A stretch of DNA of 64,000 bases from a bacterium. Lineage in GTDB: Bacteria > Zhuqueibacterota > Zhuqueibacteria > Residuimicrobiales > Krinioviventaceae. The stretch spans positions 4,192,001-4,256,000 of the forward strand of contig OY843751.1 in NCBI GenBank assembly GCA_963693055.1, read 5' to 3'. Made by a program: the position numbers and the translations under genes. Position 1 is the first letter of the stretch. Each line of letters begins with the position of its first letter. This document shows, piece by piece, positions 1 to 9,879 of this stretch. The notes beneath the pieces are model-generated. The model did not search any database and was not told the DNA's origin. It worked only from the letters and a program-made list of their open reading frames with translations.

Positions 1-1
1 A

Positions 2-163
2 GAGATCAAATCATTGGTTTCTGAAAACCAGGCTCCGGGTTTACATCGTATATCATGGGACGGCAAAGACAATTCTGGCAGCAACGTAGGTTCCGGATTT
101 TATTTCATTCAGCTTCAAACCGGTAATACCGTCCAAAGCCAAAAAGCTATCTTGATCAGATAA
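2..163 (+). CDS. 3' end (partial) of a secreted protein with FlgD Ig-like / T9SS-type C-terminal sorting domain
   Basis: Frame +2 reads EIKSLVSENQAPGLHRISWDGKDNSGSNVGSGFYFIQLQTGNTVQSQKAILIR-stop (TAA 161-163), matching the WDGxDxxGxxVxSGxY CTD pattern; not in the ORF track because its start lies outside the window. Confidence 0.85.
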   Translation, partial: EIKSLVSENQAPGLHRISWDGKDNSGSNVGSGFYFIQLQTGNTVQSQKAILIR

Positions 164-170
164 TTTTAAC

Positions 171-240
171 AACACACTGGTGCCTGATCATCCGTCTGTG
201 ACGGATGATCATAGGCCCGGTGTTATTTGTTTTTTTTTTT
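171..240 (+). terminator. Long hairpin followed by a T tract (intrinsic terminator built on a REP-like element)
   Basis: GATCATCCGTC-TGT-GACGGATGATC core stem (186-210) extended by AACAC..GTGTT, then TTGTTTTTTTTTTT, just after the stop at 163. Confidence 0.7.
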
Positions 241-442
241 AATAAATACCCATTCTTTCTACTTCCAACGTCCCACCTTTGCCCTCTTCGTCTGACTCGT
301 GACTGTACGCAACATTCATCTCAATTAAACAACACATTTCCATTGGCTCATAATATTTCACTGGATTCTAATCAATATTATTATATTTTATAAACAAGGT
401 TGGGAGTATAAATAAATACATTATTGAATCAAGGAGAGCAAT

Positions 443-1870
443 ATGGATTATAATGTATCACGTCGTAGTTTTATGAAAAGTGTTTCTGCTGTAACAGCTG
501 CTGCCTCTGCCCCGTTAATTCTTCCAAAATCAGTATTTGGGGCCAATGACCGCATTAATGTAGCGGTTCTGGGTGTTAGAGGACGTGGAAAAAATCACAT
601 TGAAGGCTTTATGCAGCAGGACAATGTAGAGGTTGTCACACTGTGTGATCCTGATAAAAATGTGCTGGCTGAACGCGCAAAAACATTTCAGGAAACCTAT
701 GGAAAAAAAGTAAAACAGATTCAGAATTTGCGCAAGGTAATGGATGACAAAAAAATCGATGTTGTAACCATTGCAACACCAAACCACTGGCATTCACTGG
801 CTACCATTTGGGCTTGCCAGGCAGGCAAAGATGTATATGTTGAAAAACCCATGAGCCATAACATCTTTGAAGGTGGACAAGCCGTAGCAGCGGCCCGAAA
901 ATACGATCGAATTGTGCAGCATGGTACCCAGAGCCGTTCAAGTCAGAGTTGGGGTAAAATTATTGCCGCAATCCAGTCCGAAAAATATGGAAAACTGCTT
1001 GTATCAAAAGGATATTGCTGTAAACCCAGATGGAGCATTGGATACAAACCCTTTAAACAACCGCCTACGCATCTGGATTTTGATTTATGGGCTGGCCCAG
1101 CGCTGGATGATCGCTATCACGAAAATCTTGTACATTATAACTGGCACTGGTTCTGGCATACCGGCAATGGAGATACCGGCAACCAGGGTGTTCACCAGAT
1201 GGATATTGCCCGTTGGGCAATAAAAGGCGCTACATGGCCTACAAAAGTATGGGCATTGGGCGGACGCTTTGGCTATGACGATCAGGGTGAAACACCCAAT
1301 ACCCAGCTTGCCATGATGCAGTTTGGTGATGTGCTAATGTTGTTTGAAACACGTGGACTCGTTGGTGGCGAATCCAAAATGCCGCGCAAAGTAACGAACG
1401 AATTTTATACAACAGAAGGCATGTTTGATAATAAACGCTTCTATCCCAAAGACGGCGGTACACCGGTTGAATTAGATGATTTTGAATCAGCGGTTAAACC
1501 GGGTAACAATTTCGAAAACTTTATCAATGCTGTACGCAGCCACAATGTTAAAGAATTAAACGCTGATGTACTAGAAGGTCATTATTCTTCGGCATTATGC
1601 CATTTACCAAACATATCTCAACGTTTGGGCGAACAGGTACCATTCAAGACCCCCAATCAGGTATTGGAAAATGAAGTGGCCTATGACGCATGGCAAATGG
1701 TAGAAAAGAATCTGGCATGGGGACTGGATCTTGATCTGCACAACATGACTTATCAGAATGGGCTTGAACTGGCTTTTGATCCGGAAACGGAAAAATTTAC
1801 CAATGAAAATGCCAACGCAATGTTGACACGTACATACCGCGCACCCTATATCGTTCCGGAAACCGTTTAA
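443..1870 (+). CDS. Tat-exported Gfo/Idh/MocA family NAD-dependent oxidoreductase
   Basis: SRRSFMK twin-arginine signal, VAVLGVRGRG Rossmann motif, IATPNHWH, GKDVYVEKP, GNQGVHQMD; RBS AAGGAG upstream. Confidence 0.9.
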   Translation: MDYNVSRRSFMKSVSAVTAAASAPLILPKSVFGANDRINVAVLGVRGRGKNHIEGFMQQDNVEVVTLCDPDKNVLAERAKTFQETYGKKVKQIQNLRKVMDDKKIDVVTIATPNHWHSLATIWACQAGKDVYVEKPMSHNIFEGGQAVAAARKYDRIVQHGTQSRSSQSWGKIIAAIQSEKYGKLLVSKGYCCKPRWSIGYKPFKQPPTHLDFDLWAGPALDDRYHENLVHYNWHWFWHTGNGDTGNQGVHQMDIARWAIKGATWPTKVWALGGRFGYDDQGETPNTQLAMMQFGDVLMLFETRGLVGGESKMPRKVTNEFYTTEGMFDNKRFYPKDGGTPVELDDFESAVKPGNNFENFINAVRSHNVKELNADVLEGHYSSALCHLPNISQRLGEQVPFKTPNQVLENEVAYDAWQMVEKNLAWGLDLDLHNMTYQNGLELAFDPETEKFTNENANAMLTRTYRAPYIVPETV

Positions 1871-1875
1871 ACAAA

Positions 1876-1905
1876 AATCCCCCCAGCTTAACCACTGGGG
1901 GGATT
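1876..1905. terminator. Hairpin terminator between convergent genes
   Basis: AATCCCCCCAG-CTTAACCA-CTGGGGGGATT with an A-run on the left (U tract on the minus strand). Confidence 0.75.
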
Positions 1906-1976
1906 GATAAATTCACATCTAATTTTCAAATCTCTTTTTTACTCTTTACGTCAGCCCTATTCCATCTCGTATGCCT

Positions 1977-2000
1977 ACTAATAACTGATTACTGATAACT
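1977..2000 (+). repeat. Heptamer array (ACTGAnn)n-ACT
   Basis: ACTAATA ACTGATT ACTGATA ACT, 2 nt from the stop codon at 2003. Confidence 0.85.
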
Positions 2001-2002
2001 TT

Positions 2003-3802
2003 TCACTTTCCATGAAACAACAATTCAGATGGTATCTCTCTTTTTTCAAATCCCGGTCCCTGCCAGGTCAATTTCAAATTCTGTCCGCCAGCCATCTGAA
2101 AATATTTACACTGAATCTTGTGTTTGCCTTTTTTCAATGCAATGGATGTGGACATTTCATAGCTTCCATGACCCCCGTCATTATTGATCACCAGTTTGTC
2201 ATCGAGCAACAGTACACTGCCATCGTTCGATTCCAGATATAGAGTATACTGCCCATCCTGCGGAACAGCCACATATCCATTAAAAATAAACGCGTAATCA
2301 TAATCACGACGACGTTTGTCAATATTGAATCCGTCAAGAGTACCTGAAGAAACAAAAGGCAGCTTTTCTATCTGATCACATCGTGAGGCACTTCCTTCAA
2401 AATACTGATAAAAAATCCCGGAGCCCGGTTCAGAATCTAACACCAAAGCCTGTTGATACACATCACTGCCAACATATGCGGAAACAATCCTGCTGGGTGG
2501 CTTGCCCGGTGCAAATGCCTGCATCAGCAGCGTCGTTGTACCGGTAACAGTAAACGGTTTATCATAGACTGTGCCATCGGTCAAAGATGGTAGACTTTCA
2601 TCCAGCGTATAACGAATAACGGCTCTATTTTCACATTCCAGCTCAACAATACCGTTTTTATCTCTTTTAACCACAGGCTCTGCTGTGTCATCCGAATAGA
2701 TCCAATCCATACTCAACCGGGTTAGCTGTATGGTCTCTAGCCCGTTACTGGTGCGTCGGTTTCCAGCACAATGTCCCAGCAGCACATGGTCATCTACAAA
2801 TTCTATAGCTGTATAGCAATACCAGCCATAAGGATCGCTTTCAACTGTTTTAATCTTTTTCCAGGTTTTTCCATCATCCGACGACAATGCAAGATTATAG
2901 GGTGTACGCTTGCCGCCATCGAGTGCGTCTTCATAATTATTGTTCCATAACAGCAATAAATCACCCGTAGACGGAATGCGCTCTATCGATGCAGGTGAAA
3001 GCGGGGACTTTATATTACCCGGCTCTAAAGTGGACCATGTCTCTCCCCTATCAGCTGACCAGGTAAAATATTGCACACCGGCATCGGTTCGACAAAACAT
3101 TAAGAGTTTGCCGGAATTCAACTCGATGATCCCCGGTTCCTGGGTAACAACTTTATTAGGATTCGCGGCAACGCTGCTTTTATGAAAGGTTACACCATTA
3201 TCGTCCGAGTAATAACTCATAATACGGGCAACAGGACTATGAAAATTTTCATCTACATGCAGAGCCACAGGCAGTAATATCCTGCCATCTTTTAACTGCA
3301 CCACACGGTCATTATTCATTACAAAATAACCGTCATCCTGAATCATCCTCCGGGGTTCTCCCCACGATTTTGCTTCATCTTTGGAAATCCGCATATACGG
3401 TACACAATCGGTTTCAGAATTCTTGCGTAAATAAATCAATGCAATTTCACCACTGTTTAACCGCAGCATGGAAACTGACATGATATTCATGCCCGCCTCA
3501 TTGGCTACAATCAAACTATCGGTTTGGGTCCAGGTACTGCCTTTATCATCTGAATATCGACCGGCAAGGTAAGCACTGTCATTGTCTCCATTACCACCGG
3601 TAAAATGGGTGTACACGAATAAAATACGACCATCTTTTAACGTAATAAAATCACCTTCACTGTTGCGGAAATTATCAGGACCCGGTTCCAACCTCAAAAC
3701 CACCTCTTTTCCGGGATGAGGAACTACTTTATTCATACCACAGGATTGCAATACTACTGCCATCAAAACCATTACTGTTAACAAATACCACTTGAATTTC
3801 AT
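2003..3802 (-). CDS. Lipoprotein GH33/BNR sialidase-like glycosidase with Fn3-associated and PA14 domains (paralog A)
   Basis: Lipobox VLQSC; five Asp-boxes (SDDKGSTW, SKDEAKSW, SDDNGVTF, SADRGETW, SDDGKTW); QEP, CRT, KRTP, YCY; IRYTLD Fn3-associated domain; PA14 (ESNDGS..IDNDGGHG-like). Confidence 0.85.
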   Translation of the reverse strand: MKFKWYLLTVMVLMAVVLQSCGMNKVVPHPGKEVVLRLEPGPDNFRNSEGDFITLKDGRILFVYTHFTGGNGDNDSAYLAGRYSDDKGSTWTQTDSLIVANEAGMNIMSVSMLRLNSGEIALIYLRKNSETDCVPYMRISKDEAKSWGEPRRMIQDDGYFVMNNDRVVQLKDGRILLPVALHVDENFHSPVARIMSYYSDDNGVTFHKSSVAANPNKVVTQEPGIIELNSGKLLMFCRTDAGVQYFTWSADRGETWSTLEPGNIKSPLSPASIERIPSTGDLLLLWNNNYEDALDGGKRTPYNLALSSDDGKTWKKIKTVESDPYGWYCYTAIEFVDDHVLLGHCAGNRRTSNGLETIQLTRLSMDWIYSDDTAEPVVKRDKNGIVELECENRAVIRYTLDESLPSLTDGTVYDKPFTVTGTTTLLMQAFAPGKPPSRIVSAYVGSDVYQQALVLDSEPGSGIFYQYFEGSASRCDQIEKLPFVSSGTLDGFNIDKRRRDYDYAFIFNGYVAVPQDGQYTLYLESNDGSVLLLDDKLVINNDGGHGSYEMSTSIALKKGKHKIQCKYFQMAGGQNLKLTWQGPGFEKREIPSELLFHGK

Positions 3803-3837
3803 AACCTACCCGTTCTTTTAATAATTATTAATCTTCA

Positions 3838-3888
3838 CCAGTGCCCGAGTGCCCCGAACTTGCTTCGGGATGTATCAACGGCCCGGTG
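3838..3888 (+). repeat. REP-like palindromic element with internal hairpin
   Basis: CCAGTGCCCGAGT-GCCCCGAACTTGCTTCGGGAT-GTATCAACGGCCCGGTG; homologs at 177-222, 5821-5868 and 10000-10048 (minus). Confidence 0.7.
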
Positions 3889-3957
3889 CTTCTCATCGCC
3901 CAACTCCAGCTAACAGTTTATAGCTAACAGCATTACCATCTTTCATCTTTTTGGGCT

Positions 3958-3988
3958 ACTGACAACTGATAACTGATTACTGATAACT
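3958..3988 (+). repeat. Heptamer array (ACTGAnn)n-ACT
   Basis: ACTGACA ACTGATA ACTGATT ACTGATA ACT, 1 nt from the stop at 3990. Confidence 0.9.
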
Positions 3989-3989
3989 C

Positions 3990-5789
3990 TTATTCTCCAT
4001 GAAACAACAATTCAGCAGGGATTTCAGATTTGTCAAAACCGGGACCTTTCCAGTTTAATTGCAAATCTAATGCACCCGCCATCTGAAAATACTCGCACTG
4101 CAATTTATGGTTTCCTTTTTTTAATGCTACTGTTGCATCTACTTCATACTTGCCGTGTCCACCGTCATTGTCAATCAGTAGTTTATCATTAATATAGAGC
4201 ATACTCCCGTCATTGGATTCCAGATAAAATGTATATTGCCCATCCTGCGGAACATCCAGATATCCATTAAAAACAATTGCGAAATCATTTTTTCGTCTGC
4301 TTGGTTCCAGATTGATCTCCGACTGAATCCCGGAAGCGACCAATTTCAACGTTTCAATTTGTTCAGCTCTCGAAACAGTCCCCTCATAATATTGATAAAA
4401 CAAGCCGGGACTCAAGTCTGCATCTAACTTGAAAGCTTCCTGATGCACATCACTGCCAACATTTGCATGAACAATCTGACTGGGCGTCTTTCCGGAAGCA
4501 AATGCCTGCATGAGCAGCGTTGTTGTACCGGACACCTCAAATGGACCCTTGTAAATATCACCATGTGTTAAAGTAGGAATACTTTTATCCAGCGTATAAC
4601 GGACCATTACATCCACATCATCACAGGTCAATTCTATAGACCCGTTTTTATCTTTAACGACCCGCGGGTAAGCCGTTGCATCAGCATAAATCCAGTCATA
4701 ACTCAAACGTGTGATCTGTATGGTTTCCAGCCCATTGCTTGCCCTTCTATTTCCAGCGCAGTGACCCAACAATACAGAGTCATCTAAAAATTTAATCGCT
4801 GTATAACAGTACCAACCATGAGGATCACTCTCCAAGGTCTTGATCTTTGACCAGGTTTTCCCTTCGTCTGATGAGATGGCCAGATTAAAGGGGGTACGCT
4901 TGCCACCGTCCAATGCATCTTCATAATTGTTATTCCAGACCAACAAGAGATCACCTGTTGATGGGACCCGTTTCATTGATGCGGGTGAAAGCGGAGACGT
5001 TATATTGCTCTCCTCAAACGGAGTCCAGCTCTCTCCTCGGTCTTTAGAGTAAGAAATGACTTGCTTACCAATTAAGGTTCTGCAAAATAAAAGAATTGTT
5101 CCATCTCTCAATTGGATGATTCCTGGCTCTTGAACTACTATGTTTTGAGGATTTGGTACGTATTTACTTTTGTTAAACGTAGCACCATTATCATCAGAAT
5201 AATAACACATAATTTGACCTTTTTCACCAGTAACCGGATGGCCTCCCCATCCTACGGGTACAATAATCCTACCATTTTCAAGCTGGATGACCCTGTCATT
5301 ATTTATAGTATAATAACCCGGCATTGTAACGCATTTTTGAGGTGGTCCCCAAGTCTCGGCTTCGTCACGTGAGATTCTCATATGTGGGGCACAGTCTGAT
5401 GAAGAATTTTTAATTGCGTAAAACAATGCAATTTCACCAGTATGTAGCCTCAATAAAGAAACGGCCATTACATTCATCCCTCCTTCATTGGCTACAATCA
5501 AACTATCAGTTTGGGTCCAAGTACGGCCTTTATCATCTGAATATCGACCCGCAAGGTATGCACTGTCATTATCGCCATTACCACCGATAAAATGAGAATA
5601 TACAAACAGAATTCGACCGTCCTTTAATGTAATAAAATCACCTTCACTGTTGCGGAAATTATCAGGACCCGGCTCTAACCTCAAAACCACCTCTTTACCG
5701 GGATGAGGAACAATATTTTTTGTCCCACAGGATTGCAATACCATTGACATCAAAACCATCACTGTTAACATATACCACTTTAATTTCAT
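3990..5789 (-). CDS. Lipoprotein GH33/BNR sialidase-like glycosidase with Fn3-associated and PA14 domains (paralog B)
   Basis: Lipobox VLQSC; Asp-boxes SDDKGRTW, SRDEAETW, SDDNGATF, SKDRGESW, SDEGKTW; same architecture and length (599 aa) as 2003-3802. Confidence 0.85.
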   Translation of the reverse strand: MKLKWYMLTVMVLMSMVLQSCGTKNIVPHPGKEVVLRLEPGPDNFRNSEGDFITLKDGRILFVYSHFIGGNGDNDSAYLAGRYSDDKGRTWTQTDSLIVANEGGMNVMAVSLLRLHTGEIALFYAIKNSSSDCAPHMRISRDEAETWGPPQKCVTMPGYYTINNDRVIQLENGRIIVPVGWGGHPVTGEKGQIMCYYSDDNGATFNKSKYVPNPQNIVVQEPGIIQLRDGTILLFCRTLIGKQVISYSKDRGESWTPFEESNITSPLSPASMKRVPSTGDLLLVWNNNYEDALDGGKRTPFNLAISSDEGKTWSKIKTLESDPHGWYCYTAIKFLDDSVLLGHCAGNRRASNGLETIQITRLSYDWIYADATAYPRVVKDKNGSIELTCDDVDVMVRYTLDKSIPTLTHGDIYKGPFEVSGTTTLLMQAFASGKTPSQIVHANVGSDVHQEAFKLDADLSPGLFYQYYEGTVSRAEQIETLKLVASGIQSEINLEPSRRKNDFAIVFNGYLDVPQDGQYTFYLESNDGSMLYINDKLLIDNDGGHGKYEVDATVALKKGNHKLQCEYFQMAGALDLQLNWKGPGFDKSEIPAELLFHGE

Positions 5790-5820
5790 ACCATGCCCGT
5801 TCTTATAATTATAATATTAA

Positions 5821-5868
5821 CCGGTGCCCGAGTGTCCCGAACTTGCTTTGGGATGCATCAAAGGCCCG
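5821..5868 (+). repeat. REP-like palindromic element with internal hairpin
   Basis: CCGGTGCCCGAGT-GTCCCGAACTTGCTTTGGGAT-GCATCAAAGGCCCG, homologous to 3838-3888. Confidence 0.7.
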
Positions 5869-5969
5869 ATAAAACTCTCCAGCCCGGTGCTTCTTTCTCA
5901 TCGCCCAACTCAAGCCAACAATTTATTGCTGACAGTTAATAGCTTTACCGTCTTTTATCTTTATGAGCT

Positions 5970-5986
5970 ACCGACAACTGATAACT
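5970..5986 (+). repeat. Heptamer array (ACTGAnn)n-ACT
   Basis: ACCGACA ACTGATA ACT; the last base overlaps the TGA stop (5986-5988) of the GH78 gene. Confidence 0.75.
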
Positions 5987-8900
5987 CACCTTGGCTTTAA
6001 CGCCCAAAGATCCGAAAACGGCTGCCTCTCCATTCCCGGTCCCTCTATCTCAATTTCCATACTTTCCGTTCCGCCGTTCTCATAGTACAAGATGTCAATA
6101 GCATGACGTCCCTCATCCAGGTTTACACTGCCATCCAGGAAGCGGATTCCTCCTTCGGGTTCATCATCTACCACAACTTGCCCATCAACGGATACAAAAC
6201 AACCGTCATTGGCCTTGGCATAAAATGTATATTTACCCGCGGTCTTGACCTCATAGTCAAACCGGAACCGGATTCCCACAAAATCCCCCCGACGTTTGAT
6301 CTTGTTTACATCCAGTTCATAGGTTATACCCGTAGATACTTCCCTCACCTGGCTCCAATCGGGATAGCCTTCCCATTCACCTTCATATACCGTATACGCA
6401 ATGCCCTGCACCCGGGGATCAACAAAACGGATCTTGTCGGTCTTGTCATAACTATCCCAAAATCCATCTTTTACTGCAATAGCCCTGATCGTGGTCTCAT
6501 CCCAAATCTCAATGGGTCCCTTGTATTTTTCCGATTCGGTTGTCGGCAGACTGCTATCCAGAGTATAATAAATATCCGCATCATTGCTTGCGGTAATCTC
6601 TATCCGGGCCGCGTCCGGTTTGTGGTACAGCGTATCGGCTTTGGCAATAATTGGCACAGGCAAATGAACGATTTTGATCAACTCTGTTGCGCCCTTTGAA
6701 ACAAACTGATATTTACCGGAACCAACTTTATAGATCACTGCCTGTTTGTCCGCCTTGACAAACTCTGCAGGCCCCTTGTTAACAGATACACTTTCTCCAT
6801 CCACAGCGGGTACATACACAGTAGCAGTCGTATTTGCAGGGATCTCTATATCCATAACGAGATTATCCTTTTTCAACTTCCAATGGCTTTTGATCATACC
6901 ATATATCGACTCGTATTCACCTTTTACAAATGTCAAATCACCGCACAGTACGGGTTTGATGATAACGTGCTTGAATCCGGGATCCACAAGATCAGGATTA
7001 ATACCTGCCAACGCTTTAAAAAACCATTTGTCAATACTGCCAAACATGGGGTGACTGTGCGAGCTGTGGCCGTCCCAGTCTTCCCACAAGGTTGTAACAC
7101 CCTTGCCCAGTATATAGTATCCAAACCCCGGATAATCACTCTGGTTCATCACGCTGAATGCCAGGTCTTCTCGTCCCATTTCTGTCAACGATTCCAACAA
7201 CAATGGTGTTGCCAGTATACCGGTATCCAGATGGCCCCGGTTCTCTATCACATTTTCGGCCATACTTTTAGAAACACCTGCAATATTGTCCTGCTCTACC
7301 ATCCCAAACGCCAGTGGAAAAGTATCTGCCCCCTGGTAGCTGGTCCAGTATCGTTGTTCTTTTGCATCATAGTAATGCTTGTTAAAATCGTTTTTTATAT
7401 GTTCAGCAAGTGTTGCTAGTTTTTGATGGTCCTGGTCATTTCCCAAAATTCCGGCAATTTCAGAAACCGTTTTTGCGCAGAAATAATAATAGCTGGTATT
7501 CACCAACGGTGCCGGAAGTTCCAATGGGGCCGGCGGACACCAGTCGCCCAACGGACTGTCACCGGGATTTTCATGCATCACCAGTCCGTTCTTGTCCGTT
7601 CCCTTGCCCAAAAACTCAACCCAGTGTTTCATACCTTCATAATGCTTTTCAAGCAGAGTTGTGTCCCCGTAATAAAGATAATAATACCAGGGAACCACAA
7701 CAATTGCCGAACCCCAGGCAGGACCGCCGCCGCCACCCTCATAAGGAGCGGTATGCGGAACAAATCCGGTTTTCTTGTCTTGCGCGTCATCAATGTCATT
7801 CATCCACTTGCGGTAAAACCGCATCATATCAAAATTAAATATAGAACCTTCTACCAAAAGCTCTCCGTCACCGGTATATCCTAAACGCTCACGGTGCGGA
7901 CAATCACTGCTGAAACTACTGTGAAAGTTGCCCAGTTGTGTCCAGATGTAATTCCAGTGTATCTTGTTCAACAGTTCATTGGAACAATGAAAATACCCAG
8001 TTGTATCCACTGCAGTGTTTACAACCCGCCCTGAAATACTGTTGATATCCAGCGGAACAGATGAGCCTTTGATCTCTACCGTACGAAACGCATGCCAGCT
8101 GAATCGCGGCTCCCAAATCTCGGTACCGCCTTTGCAGATATAATGATCGATCTGGCTAAAATCGCTGCCCAGCTCCTCATTATGGATGATTCTCAAGGTA
8201 TCTCCACGGTTCCCCTTTATATTCAGACGTACCCACCCCGTAAACATTTGCCCAAAATCATAAACATAGGTATTCTCTTTTGTGTGTTTGACAGAGACCG
8301 GTTTCAAAGTAGCCACTATTCCATCCCGTGGTGCCAGTTGCGGATGCAATACTCCATCCGGTGCATTCAACAGCTTGGCTTGCTGCCATCCCGAGGCATC
8401 GTAACCTGCCTTGTTCCATCCGGACATTTCCATACGTGCATCATAATGCTCACCAGTAAAAATATAATCATAAAGGATTGGTCCGTCTGTACTGAATTGC
8501 CAGCTTTCATCGCTTATAATGGTTTGTTTTTCGCCATCCAGGTATTCGATCTCGATCTGCATAATAAATCGCGGTGTATTGTACCAGACCCAGCCGGCGG
8601 GATCACGATGTCTACGATTATACCAGCCATTCCCCAGCACAATGCCTACAGCATTGCACCCTGCATGCAGCTGCTCGGCAATATCATAAATATTGTACAA
8701 AACCCGTGTTGACGAATTTTTGTCAAAATCATAAACACGATTATTATTTACCCGCTTTTGATAGTGGGTTTGCGCGGGAACCAGTACATCGTCTCCGGTT
8801 TTGGTCCCATTAATAGACATTTCATAATAACCCAAACCGCTCACATAAACGCGGGCAGTTTCAACAGGCTTGGTTATATTAAATTCTTTGCGGAACCAAG

Positions 8901-9393
8901 GGGCTGGACCGTATTCAACCTCCTCCGGACTCTTACCCTCGGCAACCCCCACCCACTTTGCCTGCCAGGCATCAGGATTCAGAGTCATTTCCCAATGTGA
9001 TATTTCACTCCAGAGAGAAGCCGCACCTGTTTCATCCCATACCTGTACTTTCCAAAACACCTGCTGCCGGGGCGCAAGTTCTGCTCCCTCGTACGCAATA
9101 TGCTGTGACTGGTTAGATCTTATTTTGCCGCTGTCCCAAATGTCTCCCGTATCCGTTATGAGCAAATCGGGCGAGCTGGCAGCCAAAATACGATAAGCGG
9201 ACTGGCTCCGGTTGTGGCCTCCTGCCTCAAGCTTCCATCCCAATCGGGGTGCAGAGATTTCAATACCCATTGGATTACTCATATACTCACAACGCAGGTC
9301 TACAACCCGCATGGCTTTATTCATTGGTTGACATCCGGATAACAAAACAAGCAAAATCAGCACAGCAGTAACAACCAGCAGCATCCTTTTCAT
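5986..9393 (-). CDS. Lipoprotein GH78 alpha-L-rhamnosidase with Fn3-associated and PA14 domains (paralog A)
   Basis: Lipobox LLSGC; LRCEY..P.GI..PRLGW N-domain; SGLGYYE; DCPHRERLGYTGD and TTLWE catalytic motifs; SHSHPMFG; IYYTLD; PA14 tail. Confidence 0.9.
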   Translation of the reverse strand: MKRMLLVVTAVLILLVLLSGCQPMNKAMRVVDLRCEYMSNPMGIEISAPRLGWKLEAGGHNRSQSAYRILAASSPDLLITDTGDIWDSGKIRSNQSQHIAYEGAELAPRQQVFWKVQVWDETGAASLWSEISHWEMTLNPDAWQAKWVGVAEGKSPEEVEYGPAPWFRKEFNITKPVETARVYVSGLGYYEMSINGTKTGDDVLVPAQTHYQKRVNNNRVYDFDKNSSTRVLYNIYDIAEQLHAGCNAVGIVLGNGWYNRRHRDPAGWVWYNTPRFIMQIEIEYLDGEKQTIISDESWQFSTDGPILYDYIFTGEHYDARMEMSGWNKAGYDASGWQQAKLLNAPDGVLHPQLAPRDGIVATLKPVSVKHTKENTYVYDFGQMFTGWVRLNIKGNRGDTLRIIHNEELGSDFSQIDHYICKGGTEIWEPRFSWHAFRTVEIKGSSVPLDINSISGRVVNTAVDTTGYFHCSNELLNKIHWNYIWTQLGNFHSSFSSDCPHRERLGYTGDGELLVEGSIFNFDMMRFYRKWMNDIDDAQDKKTGFVPHTAPYEGGGGGPAWGSAIVVVPWYYYLYYGDTTLLEKHYEGMKHWVEFLGKGTDKNGLVMHENPGDSPLGDWCPPAPLELPAPLVNTSYYYFCAKTVSEIAGILGNDQDHQKLATLAEHIKNDFNKHYYDAKEQRYWTSYQGADTFPLAFGMVEQDNIAGVSKSMAENVIENRGHLDTGILATPLLLESLTEMGREDLAFSVMNQSDYPGFGYYILGKGVTTLWEDWDGHSSHSHPMFGSIDKWFFKALAGINPDLVDPGFKHVIIKPVLCGDLTFVKGEYESIYGMIKSHWKLKKDNLVMDIEIPANTTATVYVPAVDGESVSVNKGPAEFVKADKQAVIYKVGSGKYQFVSKGATELIKIVHLPVPIIAKADTLYHKPDAARIEITASNDADIYYTLDSSLPTTESEKYKGPIEIWDETTIRAIAVKDGFWDSYDKTDKIRFVDPRVQGIAYTVYEGEWEGYPDWSQVREVSTGITYELDVNKIKRRGDFVGIRFRFDYEVKTAGKYTFYAKANDGCFVSVDGQVVVDDEPEGGIRFLDGSVNLDEGRHAIDILYYENGGTESMEIEIEGPGMERQPFSDLWALKPR

Positions 9394-9423
9394 ATTTTTC
9401 CTTTTGGATAAGAGAGGTGTGTA

Positions 9424-9461
9424 ATTTTTTAGAATAAAATCATTTTTTACGAAAAAATCAA
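9424..9461 (-). promoter_or_regulatory. Putative sigma70-type promoter of GH78 A, conserved in all three GH78 leaders
   Basis: Minus strand TTGATT-17 nt (TTTTCGTAAAAAATGAT)-TTTATT; homologous blocks at about 13527-13582 and 17177-17235. Confidence 0.5.
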
Positions 9462-9535
9462 GGAGTATAATTGTACGTAATTTTTAGAGAAATTGAATTT
9501 TCTAATTGTCGTTTTATTGCAGGAAAAAAATTTTC

Positions 9536-9594
9536 AGTTATCAGTTCTCAGCTTTCAGTATAGCAGCCCCCGTTTTTTCTGACTACTGATAACT
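9536..9594. repeat. Inverted pair of heptamer arrays able to form a stem-loop
   Basis: AGTTATC AGTTCTC AGCTTTC AGT (9536-9559) faces TCTGACT ACTGATA ACT (9578-9594). Confidence 0.7.
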
Positions 9595-9639
9595 ATTCAG
9601 AAATCATACTATCGCTCTGCAATCCGCTGGCGAACGGAC

Positions 9640-9670
9640 ACTCTGGAACCGGGCCTCGTTTTTTTCTGAT
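9640..9670 (+). repeat. 31-bp perfect direct repeat, copy 1
   Basis: ACTCTGGAACCGGGCCTCGTTTTTTTCTGAT, identical to 10036-10066. Confidence 0.9.
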
Positions 9671-9695
9671 AACTGACAACTGATTACTGACGACT
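9665..9695 (+). repeat. Heptamer array (ACTGAnn)n-ACT
   Basis: TCTGATA ACTGACA ACTGATT ACTGACG ACT. Confidence 0.85.
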
Positions 9696-9705
9696 TGATA
9701 CTCTG

Positions 9706-9757
9706 ATCGCTCGGCATATTCATCCGGGCGGAATATTCATCCGGGACATTCGTCCCG
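9706..9757 (+). repeat. Two-hairpin element (hairpin-GAATAT-N6-GGGACATTCGTCCCG)
   Basis: ATCGCTCGG-CATATTCAT-CCGGGCG GAATAT TCATCC GGGACATTCGTCCCG; relatives at 19164, 19291 and 28018. Confidence 0.65.
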
Positions 9758-9879
9758 CTGGCTTTTACTTAATGAACCTCACGGTAAAACCTTAATCCAG
9801 ATGTTTAAATTAAGGATAAACAGAGTTTATCCTCTCATTTCCGCCCAAAACCAGAGTTTTGGACAGAGTTACCAGTTTC

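Noticed and set aside
205-393. 62-aa ORF on +
   Set aside because: Starts inside a terminator hairpin and crosses a poly-T run and the AT-rich promoter region; no recognisable protein features.
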